Below, in pieces: positions 23,806 through 32,000 of a stretch of 32,000 bases of DNA. Where the stretch lies: the NCBI RefSeq assembly GCF_000354175.2, contig NC_022349.1, positions 780,001 to 812,000 of the forward strand, written 5' to 3'. The position numbers and the translations under genes are program-made. Source of the stretch: Vibrio alginolyticus NBRC 15630 = ATCC 17749. Its GTDB lineage: Bacteria; Pseudomonadota; Gammaproteobacteria; Enterobacterales; Vibrionaceae. Position 1 is the first letter of the stretch. The number at the start of each line of letters is the position of its first letter. The notes under the pieces are model-generated. The model did not search any database. It saw only the letters and a list, made by a program, of their open reading frames with translations, and was not told where the DNA came from.

Positions 23806-25683
23806 TCAGCGTCGTAGCACTCGCTCAATTTCGTTCAAGCTACTTGGGTCATCAATCGTTGACGGAACGGTGTATTTTTCACCATCAGCTATTTGACGTA
23901 TAGTTCGACGCAAAATTTTACCTGAACGTGTTTTCGGTAAACGGTCTACAACCAACGCATGCTTGAAGCAAGCAACTGCACCTATCTCACTACGCACTTT
24001 GCCAACAAGCTCACCTTCAAGGTCTAGCTCATCCACTTTGACGCCGTCTTTCAGTACAACAAAACCAAGTGGAAGCTGACCTTTTAGATCATCGTGGATA
24101 CCGACCACCGCACATTCTGCAATCGCTGGGTGGCTTCCTACTATTTCTTCCATTTCACCTGTCGACAATCGGTGTCCCGCGACATTAATCACGTCATCAA
24201 TACGTCCCATAATAAACAGGTAACCGTCTTCATCCAGATAGCCACCATCACCTGACACGTAGTAGCCTGGGAATTGGCTAAGATAACCAGTTTCAAAACG
24301 GTCATGATTACGCCAAACCGTTGGCAGACAACTTGGTGGTAGCGGACGTTTTAATGCGACAAAGCCTTGTTGGTTAGGCCCGACAGCCTCTCCAAGTTCA
24401 TTCAGAATCTCGACCTGATAACCCGGAATGGGCTTCGTCGAAGAACCAGCTTTAACTGGCATCATTTCGACACCTGTCGGGTTGCCCGCGATGGCCCAGC
24501 CCGTCTCGGTTTGCCACCAGTGGTCAATAACGGGCTTGTCCGCTTTGCTCTGAACCCACTCCAGTGTCGGAGGGTCAAGGCGTTCTCCCGCCATAAAGAT
24601 GGTTTTCAGATTCGACAAGTCGTACTGTTTTAAGTGCTCACCTTCCGGGTCCTCTTTCTTAATCGCACGAAACGCCGTTGGTGCAGAGAACAACGCATCT
24701 ACTTTATATTCATCACACACTCGCCAAAATGCGCCAGGATCCGGTGTTCGAACAGGCTTGCCTTCGAATAGGATAGTAGTGCAACCGTGAATCAGTGGAG
24801 CGTAAACAATGTAAGAGTGCCCTACTACCCAGCCCACATCAGATGCCGCCCAAAAGACGCCATCTTGAGGAACGTTATAGATTGCGCTCATGGAGTACTT
24901 CATCGCGACAGCATGACCACCGTTATCACGCACAACGCCTTTCGGCTTACCTGTCGTACCCGATGTATAAAGTATGTAGAGCGGCTCGGTTGCTAACACC
25001 GGAACACAACCATGTGGCAGCGCTTGGTTGTACTCTCGCTGCCAATCTAAGTCTCTATCTTGTTTTAGCTCAGCGTCGCACTCTGGACGTTGGAAAACAA
25101 ACACTTTCTCAGGCTTCCAACGGCTGTCCATAATGGCTTTGTCTACCATTGGTTTGTATGGAATGACTTTGTTGATCTCAATCCCGCACGACGCCGTCAT
25201 GATCACTTTCGGCTCTGCATCTTCAATTCGTACAGCAAGCTCATTAGGTGCAAAACCACCGAATACTACGGAATGAATCGCCCCCAAACGCGCGCAGGCA
25301 AGCATCGCCATTGCGGCTTCTGGGATCATTGGCATATAAATAACGACTCGGTCGCCTTTTTCAACACCTTGAGCAGACAGCATGCCAGCAATTTTTGCTA
25401 CTTGGTCACGTAGATCGCTATAGGTGTACGTGGCTTTACGACCTGTCACTGGCGAGTCATAAATGAGTGCAGTATTATCACCGCGTCCTTGCTCGCAATG
25501 GTAATCTAATGCTAACCAGCACGTATTCATTACACCATCTGGAAACCAACGTTCTATGCCGTTTTCATCAGATTTCAAGATAGTTTTAGGAGATTCAAAC
25601 CAATCGAGATTCTCCGCTTGAGCGCGCCAAAAACTCTCCGGTTCATTCTTCGCCCATAAGTATTCTTTTTCGTATGAAGACAT
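23806..25683 (-). CDS. prpE: Propionyl-CoA synthetase (propionate--CoA ligase) PrpE
   Basis: AMP-forming acyl-CoA synthetase motifs YTSGTTGKPKG, ...DHWWQTETG..., GDGGYLDEDGY, and C-terminal PKTRSGKILRR. It is the last gene of the prp cluster. Start set at ATG 25683 (GGAGGA SD; MSSYEKEY...NEPESFW parallels the E. coli PrpE N-terminus). The ORF-track TTG at 25728 adds 15 aa. Confidence 0.9.
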   Translation of the reverse strand: MSSYEKEYLWAKNEPESFWRAQAENLDWFESPKTILKSDENGIERWFPDGVMNTCWLALDYHCEQGRGDNTALIYDSPVTGRKATYTYSDLRDQVAKIAGMLSAQGVEKGDRVVIYMPMIPEAAMAMLACARLGAIHSVVFGGFAPNELAVRIEDAEPKVIMTASCGIEINKVIPYKPMVDKAIMDSRWKPEKVFVFQRPECDAELKQDRDLDWQREYNQALPHGCVPVLATEPLYILYTSGTTGKPKGVVRDNGGHAVAMKYSMSAIYNVPQDGVFWAASDVGWVVGHSYIVYAPLIHGCTTILFEGKPVRTPDPGAFWRVCDEYKVDALFSAPTAFRAIKKEDPEGEHLKQYDLSNLKTIFMAGERLDPPTLEWVQSKADKPVIDHWWQTETGWAIAGNPTGVEMMPVKAGSSTKPIPGYQVEILNELGEAVGPNQQGFVALKRPLPPSCLPTVWRNHDRFETGYLSQFPGYYVSGDGGYLDEDGYLFIMGRIDDVINVAGHRLSTGEMEEIVGSHPAIAECAVVGIHDDLKGQLPLGFVVLKDGVKVDELDLEGELVGKVRSEIGAVACFKHALVVDRLPKTRSGKILRRTIRQIADGEKYTVPSTIDDPSSLNEIERVLRR

Positions 25684-25760
25684 ATTGCTTCCTCCAGTAT
25701 GTCCTGACATTGCTCTCGTTCTACTCAAAGATCGCTCTTTTAATCCAAAGATCGTCTCTT

Positions 25761-26957
25761 TTAATCGAAGACATAGAAGGGTACACGCACAAATCCCTCC
25801 ATCAGTATTCTCGCACTTCGGCTCATAATGGCTTTTTGCACCACCCAGCCCTGCTCAGTTTGCTTCGCTTGTGCCCCAACTTTTAACGTTCCTGACGGGT
25901 GACCAAAAGTCACGGACTCTTTTTCACCGCCACCAGCGGCTAAATTCACTAACGTTCCGGGCACACACGCAGCAGAAGCGATAGCAACGGCTGCTGTTCC
26001 CATCATTGCATGATGTAGCTTGCCCATCGACAGCGCGCGAACGAGCACATCAATATCCGACTCATTAACGGCTTTACCACTTGAAGACAGGTAACTTTTC
26101 GGTTTAGAAACAAACGCTATTTTCGGCGTATGTTGGCGTGTTTGAGCTTCTTCTAAATCAGAAATCAGGCCCATTTTTAACGCGCCATATGCACGGATGG
26201 ATTCGAACATCGCTAATGCTGTGTCATCGTTGTTGATATCGTCTTGCAGCTCGGTGCCCTGGTATCCTATCGATTCAGCATCAATAAAAATGGTTGGTAT
26301 GCCCGCGTTAATAAAGGTCGCGTTGAACGTACCCACATCCGGCACCACCAAATCATCAACTAAGTTACCCGTTGGGAACATACTTCCTTCGCCATCGGAA
26401 GGATCAACAAAATCCACTTGAATCTCTGCCGCTGGAAACGTGACACCATCGAGTTCAAACTCTCCGGTTTCTTGGACGAAACCATTGACGATTGGCACGT
26501 GAATCAAAATCGTTTTGCTTATGTTCACTTGCCAAACACGCACCGTCACAATGCCATTTTCTGGAATACGGTCTTGTGGGATCAGACCAGCATGAATGGC
26601 GAAAGGACCGACAGCGGCAGACAAGTTGCCGCAGTTACCACTCCAATCGACGAATGGTTTGTCGATCGACACTTGGCCAAATAAGTAGTCAACATCGTGA
26701 TCGGCTCTGCTGCTGCGCGAAACAATCACTGTTTTACTGGTGCTTGACGTCGCGCCCCCCATGCCATCAATTTGCTTCGCGTAAGGATCAGGGCTGCCAA
26801 TAACGCGTAGCAACAGTTTGTCACGTGCGGCTCCAGCCACTTGCGCTTCTTGAGGTAAATCCTCTAGGTTGAAAAAGACACCTTTACTCGTGCCGCCACG
26901 CATGTACGTCGCGGGCACTTTTATTTGGCTTGTTTGATTCGGAGTATTATTTGACAT
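25761..26957 (-). CDS. prpF: PrpF, AcnD-accessory 2-methylaconitate isomerase
   Basis: The N-terminus ...IKVPATYMRGGTSKGVFF is characteristic of PrpF. The gene lies immediately downstream of acnD. Start set at ATG 26957 (AAGGAG lies 5 nt upstream and overlaps the acnD stop region). The ORF-track GTG is at 26963. Confidence 0.88.
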   Translation of the reverse strand: MSNNTPNQTSQIKVPATYMRGGTSKGVFFNLEDLPQEAQVAGAARDKLLLRVIGSPDPYAKQIDGMGGATSSTSKTVIVSRSSRADHDVDYLFGQVSIDKPFVDWSGNCGNLSAAVGPFAIHAGLIPQDRIPENGIVTVRVWQVNISKTILIHVPIVNGFVQETGEFELDGVTFPAAEIQVDFVDPSDGEGSMFPTGNLVDDLVVPDVGTFNATFINAGIPTIFIDAESIGYQGTELQDDINNDDTALAMFESIRAYGALKMGLISDLEEAQTRQHTPKIAFVSKPKSYLSSSGKAVNESDIDVLVRALSMGKLHHAMMGTAAVAIASAACVPGTLVNLAAGGGEKESVTFGHPSGTLKVGAQAKQTEQGWVVQKAIMSRSARILMEGFVRVPFYVFD

Positions 26958-26966
26958 ACGCACTCC

Positions 26967-29558
26967 TTATTGTGCCAAGAAATCTTGCGCGAAACGCTGC
27001 AAAACACCGCCTGCGTTGTACACGTGAACTTCGTCAGCGGTATCTAAGCGACAAGTAACCGGAACATCGACTTTATCGCCGTTGCTGCGTGTGATAACCA
27101 GCGCTAAATCAGCGCCCGGCTTGATTTCTCCAACCACGTCGTAAAGTTCCGTACCATCCAGCTCTAGCGTATTGCGATTAACGCCTGACTTAAATTGCAG
27201 TGGTAGTACGCCCATGCCAACCAAGTTAGTACGGTGAATACGCTCAAAACCTTCAGCAACAATGGCTTCTACGCCTGCCAGTCGAACGCCTTTTGCTGCC
27301 CAGTCACGGGATGACCCCTGACCGTAATCCGCGCCAGCCACCACGATCAATGGTTGTTTACGATTCATGTAGGTTTCAATCGCTTCCCACATACGAACCA
27401 CCTGCCCTTCTGGCTCTACACGCGCCAGAGATCCCTGCACGACTTCGCCGTTTTCCTTCACCATTTCATTGAACAACTTTGGGTTAGCGAAGGTCGCGCG
27501 TTGCGCCGTTAGGTGGTCACCACGGTGAGTCGCGTAAGAGTTGAAATCTTCTTCTGGCACACCCATTTTCGCTAAGTATTCACCTGCTGCGCTGCTTGCG
27601 AGAATCGCGTTGGATGGTGATAAGTGATCAGTGGTGATGTTGTCGCCCAGAATCGCCAATGGACGCATGCCAGACAATGTTCTTTCTCCCGCTAGCGCAC
27701 CTTCCCAGTACGGTGGTCGGCGGATATAGGTACTCATCGGACGCCAGTCGTACAGCGGGTTGGGATTTTGCTCTTGATCATTCAGCTTAAACATCTGAAT
27801 GTAAACTTGCTTAAACTGCTCAGGTTTAACATGAGTACCGACAACTGCATCGATCTCTTCATCGCTTGGCCACAAATCATTGAGATAAATTGGTTTGCCG
27901 TTTTGGTCCGTGCCCAATGCATCGCGCTCGATATCAAAACGAATCGTACCCGCTAGCGCATAAGCGACAACCAATGGTGGTGAAGCCAAAAAAGCTTGTT
28001 TGGCGTACGGATGGATTCGACCATCAAAGTTACGGTTACCAGAAAGCACCGCTGTCGCATATAAATCACGGTCGATGATCTCTTGTTGGATTTTTGGATC
28101 CAGCGCACCACTCATACCGTTACAAGTTGTACATGCGTAACCAACAATGCCAAAGCCAAGCTTCTCTAGCTCTGGTAATAAGCCCGCTTCTTCCAGATAC
28201 AAGCGTGCAACTTTAGAACCCGGAGCAAAAGACGATTTCACCCAAGGTTTACGTACAAGACCAAGTTCGTTGGCTTTCTTCGCCACAAGGCCAGCAGCAA
28301 CCACGTTTCTTGGGTTACTAGTATTCGTACATGAGGTAATAGCAGCGATGATCACTGCACCATCTGGCAACTCGCCTTCTTTCTCTTCCCACGCTCCAGA
28401 AATGCCGCGCTGTGCCAACTCAGAAGTTGGTAAACGACGATGAGGGTTTGACGGACCAGCCAAGTTACGGCTAACTGATGATAAATCGAACTCAAGTACG
28501 CGCTCGTAAACGGCGCTATCAAGATCGTCTGCCCAAAGACCGGTTTGTTTTGCGTAATTTTCTACTAGAGCAACTTGTTCTTCATCTCGACCAGTTAGTT
28601 TCAAGTAATTGATGGTCTGCTCATCAATATAAAACATGCCAGCTGTTGCGCCGTATTCTGGTGTCATGTTTGAAATCGTTGCGCGGTCTCCGATCGTTAG
28701 ATCACGTGCGCCTTCTCCGAAGAATTCAAGATATGAAGATACCACACGCTCATTACGCAGAAACTCAGTAATCGCGAGGACAATATCCGTTGCGGTAATG
28801 CCCGGTTGACGTTTACCCGTCAGTTTGACACCGACAATATCTGGTAGACGCATCATTGATGGTCGGCCAAGCATGACGGTTTCTGCTTCCAGACCACCGA
28901 CACCTATCGCAATAACACCAAGAGCGTCTACGTGAGGCGTGTGACTGTCCGTACCCACACAGGTGTCAGGGTAGGCAATGCCCTGCTTTGCTTGTACCAC
29001 AGGAGACATTTTTTCCAAGTTGATCTGGTGCATGATGCCATTCCCAGCTGGAATCACGCTGACGTTTTCAAACGCTGTTTTACACCACTCGATAAAGTGA
29101 AATCGGTCTTCATTACGGCGCTCTTCAATCGCGCGGTTTTTGTCGAAGGCATCAGGGTCAAAGCCCGCATGTTCAACCGCTAAAGAGTGGTCAACGATCA
29201 ATTGTGTCTCAACCACTGGGTTCACTTTTGCAGGATCGCCGCCCTGATCTGAAATGGCATCGCGTAGACCCGCTAAATCGACTAGAGCGGTCTGACCAAG
29301 AATGTCATGACAAACAACGCGTGCTGGATACCAAGGAAAATCAAGATCGCGTTTGCGTTCAATTAACTGTTTCAGGCTATCTGTCAATGTGTTCGGGTCA
29401 CAGCGACGGACCAGTTGCTCAGCTAGCACGCGAGAGGTATAAGGGAGTGTTTCATAGGCTCCAGGAGAAATGGCATTGACGGCTTCGCGTGCATCAAAAT
29501 AATCCAGTTGAGTTCCCGGAAGCGGCTTACGATATTGGGTATTAATATTTGTGTTCAT
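26967..29558 (-). CDS. acnD: Fe/S-dependent 2-methylcitrate dehydratase AcnD (aconitase family)
   Basis: 863-aa aconitase-family ORF. Cluster ligand regions are ITSCTNTSNP and GYACTTCNG, and the swivel domain carries GADYGQGSSRDWAAKG. Its position between prpC and prpF defines the AcnD type. Confidence 0.92.
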   Translation of the reverse strand: MNTNINTQYRKPLPGTQLDYFDAREAVNAISPGAYETLPYTSRVLAEQLVRRCDPNTLTDSLKQLIERKRDLDFPWYPARVVCHDILGQTALVDLAGLRDAISDQGGDPAKVNPVVETQLIVDHSLAVEHAGFDPDAFDKNRAIEERRNEDRFHFIEWCKTAFENVSVIPAGNGIMHQINLEKMSPVVQAKQGIAYPDTCVGTDSHTPHVDALGVIAIGVGGLEAETVMLGRPSMMRLPDIVGVKLTGKRQPGITATDIVLAITEFLRNERVVSSYLEFFGEGARDLTIGDRATISNMTPEYGATAGMFYIDEQTINYLKLTGRDEEQVALVENYAKQTGLWADDLDSAVYERVLEFDLSSVSRNLAGPSNPHRRLPTSELAQRGISGAWEEKEGELPDGAVIIAAITSCTNTSNPRNVVAAGLVAKKANELGLVRKPWVKSSFAPGSKVARLYLEEAGLLPELEKLGFGIVGYACTTCNGMSGALDPKIQQEIIDRDLYATAVLSGNRNFDGRIHPYAKQAFLASPPLVVAYALAGTIRFDIERDALGTDQNGKPIYLNDLWPSDEEIDAVVGTHVKPEQFKQVYIQMFKLNDQEQNPNPLYDWRPMSTYIRRPPYWEGALAGERTLSGMRPLAILGDNITTDHLSPSNAILASSAAGEYLAKMGVPEEDFNSYATHRGDHLTAQRATFANPKLFNEMVKENGEVVQGSLARVEPEGQVVRMWEAIETYMNRKQPLIVVAGADYGQGSSRDWAAKGVRLAGVEAIVAEGFERIHRTNLVGMGVLPLQFKSGVNRNTLELDGTELYDVVGEIKPGADLALVITRSNGDKVDVPVTCRLDTADEVHVYNAGGVLQRFAQDFLAQ

Positions 29559-29633
29559 GGTTTGCTTCCATTCAGTCTTTACATCTTGCCTTCATCAAGG
29601 TTTTCCATTGCTCCAGAAACACAGTGATGAGAG

Positions 29634-29708
29634 GATCTCCTTCCTCTGTTAGAGAGAATGACAAAGGAAGGAGGTGGTCAACCAAAGCATATAATGCCCT
29701 CGTTGACC
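29634..29708 (-). other. Structured prpC-acnD intercistronic spacer (two stem-loops, no U-tracts)
   Basis: Stem A is CTCCTTCCT (29637-29645) with AGGAAGGAG (29665-29673), perfect 9 bp, extendable by 2 bp. Stem B is GGTCAAC (29676-29682) with GTTGACC (29702-29708), with an inner GCAT/ATGC helix. The spacer is 156 nt, against 78 nt and 77 nt for two other prp gene junctions. Confidence 0.4.
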
Positions 29709-29714
29709 TTCGCG

Positions 29715-30857
29715 CTAGCGATTCTCGATAGGCACCCATTCTTGATGATCTGGGCCCGTATAATCGGCACTTGGGCGAATAATACGGTTATTGGCACGCT
29801 GTTCATAAACGTGTGCAGCCCAGCCCGTTAAACGACTCATCACAAAGATTGGGGTAAATAGTTTGGTTGGAATGTCCATGAAGTGGTAAGCCGATGCATG
29901 GAAGAAGTCCGCATTACAGAACAGACCTTTCTCTCGCTTCATCACTGATTCAACACGCTCAGAAACCGCATATAGATGAGTATCACCAACTTGTTTCGAT
30001 AGCTCTTTGGACCATCGTTTTATTAAGGCGTTGCGAGGGTCACTTTCACGATAAATCGCGTGACCGAAGCCCATGATCTTGTCTTTATTGGCTAGCATTT
30101 TCATGATGTTCGCTTCCGCCTCGTCGGGCGTTTGCCAATCTTCAATCATTTCCATCGCCGCTTCGTTCGCACCGCCGTGAAGTGGCCCACGAAGCGTACC
30201 GATTGCCGCCGTGATACAAGAATGAATGTCTGACAACGTTGATGCACAAACGCGTGCTGCGAATGTAGAAGCATTAAACTCATGTTCAGCATAAAGAATA
30301 AGCGAGCAATGCATCACTTGTTTGTGCAGCGCAGATGGCGCTTTGTCTGTAAGTAATCGCAAGAAGTAACCACCGATGCAATCTTCAGTCTGATCCTCGG
30401 TGTTGATACGCACGCCATCATGACTAAAGCGGTACCAGTAACAGATGATGGCAGGGAACAAGGCTAGCATACGTTCGGTTGCTTTCAGTTGCTCCTCGAA
30501 GCTCATTTCCTGCTCTAGGTTACCCAATACAGAACAACCCGTGCGCATCACGTCCATTGGGTGTGCGCTTGCAGGAATCAACTCTAAAGCTTGTTTTAGC
30601 TCGGCTGGCAAACCTCTAAGGCTGAGTAGGTGTGTCTTGTACGCATCAAGTTCTTGTTGATTCGGCAAGTGACCGCGTAACAGAAGGTGAGCCACTTCTT
30701 CAAACTGTGCGTTGTTCGCAAGATCAGTAATATCGTATCCACGATAAGTTAAACCAGTTCCCGTTTTTCCGACAGTACATAAAGCTGTGCTTCCTGCGCT
30801 TTGACCACGAAGGCCTGCGCCACCTAATTCTGCTTTCTTTTCTGCAGTTTGAGACAT
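29715..30857 (-). CDS. prpC: 2-methylcitrate synthase PrpC
   Basis: Citrate-synthase family. It is collinear with E. coli PrpC (ALCTVGK.G..L.YRGYDI, YAEHEFNASTF, GALRGP.HGGANE, GFGH..Y...DPR, ARVTGW.AH..EQ). Start set at ATG 30857 (AAAGGAG lies 8 nt upstream). The ORF-track TTG at 30911 adds 18 aa. Confidence 0.92.
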   Translation of the reverse strand: MSQTAEKKAELGGAGLRGQSAGSTALCTVGKTGTGLTYRGYDITDLANNAQFEEVAHLLLRGHLPNQQELDAYKTHLLSLRGLPAELKQALELIPASAHPMDVMRTGCSVLGNLEQEMSFEEQLKATERMLALFPAIICYWYRFSHDGVRINTEDQTEDCIGGYFLRLLTDKAPSALHKQVMHCSLILYAEHEFNASTFAARVCASTLSDIHSCITAAIGTLRGPLHGGANEAAMEMIEDWQTPDEAEANIMKMLANKDKIMGFGHAIYRESDPRNALIKRWSKELSKQVGDTHLYAVSERVESVMKREKGLFCNADFFHASAYHFMDIPTKLFTPIFVMSRLTGWAAHVYEQRANNRIIRPSADYTGPDHQEWVPIENR

Positions 30858-30989
30858 TGTTTGAACTCCTTTTCTGTCTGACTTTTCCCTCTCTGGGGTG
30901 TTTTTAGCCAAACGAATTTCACGTTATTAGATGAGATAAATTCCGATTATCTTTTTCTTGGGCTTCCGTTTATTTTTGCTTTTCCCCCG

Positions 30990-31886
30990 CTATTTCCCTT
31001 CAGAGAATAACTGGTCAAGTTTGTCTTCATAGTCGTGGTAATTCAGGTGCTGATACAACTCTTTACGTGTTTGCATCGAATCAACCAGTGCTTCCTGATT
31101 ACCCACTTCTAGCAAATGTTTGTAGACCGTTTCAGCAGCTTTGTTCATGGCACGGAACGCACTTAACGGATAAAGCACCATGTCCACTTGTGCTTTCGCT
31201 AGCTCATCGCAGCCATACAGCGGTGTCGCGCCAAATTCTGTAATATTCGCCAGAATAGGAACGTGCTTTCCGGTCGCTTGCTCAAGCGCATTTGAAAACT
31301 GAAGGTACTGGTCCAGCTTGTTCATCGCTTCTGGGAAGATCATGTCTGCGCCAGCTTCCACACACGCAATCGCGCGCTCGATTGCGCTGTCCATGCCTTC
31401 AACAGCTAGCGCATCAGTACGAGCCATAATCACGAAACTTTCATCATTGCGTGCATCAACCGCGGCTTTTACACGATCAACCATCTCTTGCTGGCTGACT
31501 ATTGCTTTGTTCGGACGATGACCACAACGTTTCTGTGCGACTTGGTCTTCCATGTGCACCGCTGCCGCGCCCGCTTTTTCCATCGCTTTGATCGTGCGAG
31601 CAATGTTAAATGCACCGCCAAAGCCCGTGTCGATATCAACCAAAAGAGGCAAATCACATGCGTTAGTAATACGGTCAACATCAACCAAAACGTCGTTTAA
31701 TGTTGTGATACCGAGATCCGGCAATCCGTATGACGCATTTGCGATACCGCCACCAGACAAGTAAATCGCTTGGTGACCCAAGTTTTTTGCCATCATGGCG
31801 CAATACGGGTTTATAGTGCCGACAATTTGTAGTGGATTATTTTGTTCAATGGCGAGTCTGAATTTCGCTCCCGGTGTTAAGCTCAT
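30990..31886 (-). CDS. prpB: 2-methylisocitrate lyase PrpB
   Basis: 298-aa ORF, near-collinear with E. coli PrpB ([70 protein letters not shown]). Confidence 0.93.
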   Translation of the reverse strand: MSLTPGAKFRLAIEQNNPLQIVGTINPYCAMMAKNLGHQAIYLSGGGIANASYGLPDLGITTLNDVLVDVDRITNACDLPLLVDIDTGFGGAFNIARTIKAMEKAGAAAVHMEDQVAQKRCGHRPNKAIVSQQEMVDRVKAAVDARNDESFVIMARTDALAVEGMDSAIERAIACVEAGADMIFPEAMNKLDQYLQFSNALEQATGKHVPILANITEFGATPLYGCDELAKAQVDMVLYPLSAFRAMNKAAETVYKHLLEVGNQEALVDSMQTRKELYQHLNYHDYEDKLDQLFSEGK

Positions 31887-31898
31887 GACGAATTCCTT

Positions 31899-32000
31899 CT
31901 AGTCTTTGTCTAAACTTTCTGTATGTATAATTTGAGATTGGATGAGCTTTCGACTTCCTGATATGTGTCTTCTCATCAACATTTCTGCAAGCTCTTCATC
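31899..32000 (-). CDS. C-terminal fragment of a regulator gene directly upstream of prpB (probably the GntR/FadR-type prp regulator); the 5' end lies outside the window
   Basis: The minus-strand frame is open from the window edge: DEELAEMLMRRHISGSRKLIQSQIIHTESLDKD*, with TAG at 31899-31901. That stop is 12 nt before the prpB ATG, and AAGGAA serves as the prpB SD. The family call rests on position and the helical C-terminal character only. Confidence 0.4.
   Translation of the reverse strand, partial: DEELAEMLMRRHISGSRKLIQSQIIHTESLDKD

Noticed and set aside
1-32000. Mobile elements, integron/VCR-type repeats, ERIC/REP families, CRISPR arrays, tRNA/rRNA genes
   Set aside because: I recognised no transposase or integrase ORFs, no terminal inverted repeats flanking a cassette, no regularly spaced direct repeats and no cloverleaf-like or rRNA-like sequence when reading both strands. 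The only compositional anomaly is the AT-rich 12.4-14.7 kb segment, which is reported as a finding.

Overview
This 32-kb window is gene-dense, with 27 protein-coding genes called, two of them cut by the window edges. I recognised no rRNA, tRNA, CRISPR array, transposase or integrase. Gene content suggests core chromosome of a Vibrionaceae-like marine gammaproteobacterium; this is inference only. The pointers are an AcnD/PrpF-type methylcitrate operon with a GntR-type regulator, a general porin, a trypsin-like exoprotease with a chitin-binding tail, and AT-rich intergenic regions.

Gene order, left to right:
- MDR oxidoreductase fragment.
- Homocysteine S-methyltransferase next to a polar-amino-acid ABC importer (minus strand).
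- Small secreted protein.
- Porin.
- LysR regulator, divergent from an MFP plus RND efflux operon, followed by a second, paralogous LysR regulator.
- AT-rich orphan membrane protein.
- LysR regulator divergent from an EamB-like exporter.
- XRE regulator, queC, convergent queE, and a Cof-type HAD phosphatase.
- Nudix/PAP2-like membrane fusion protein.
- Trypsin-like protease with a CBM5/12 tail.
- GNAT acetyltransferase.
- prpR'-prpB-prpC-acnD-prpF-prpE on the minus strand (23.8-32.0 kb).

Several ORF-track starts are over-extended through TTG/GTG codons. I re-set them using Shine-Dalgarno context and homolog length.

I did not find an unambiguous new multi-gene system. The most unusual items are:
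1. An apparently exported Nudix domain fused to a catalytically degenerate PAP2-like membrane domain.
2. An XRE regulator with twin CTAAG-N5-CTTAG operators directly upstream of queC.
3. An AT-rich orphan membrane-protein module with back-to-back terminators.
4. Orphan intrinsic terminators that imply unannotated small transcripts.
5. A near-consensus CRP site.
6. A paralogous LysR pair bracketing the RND pump.

All functional calls rest on motif recognition by eye. No database search was run.
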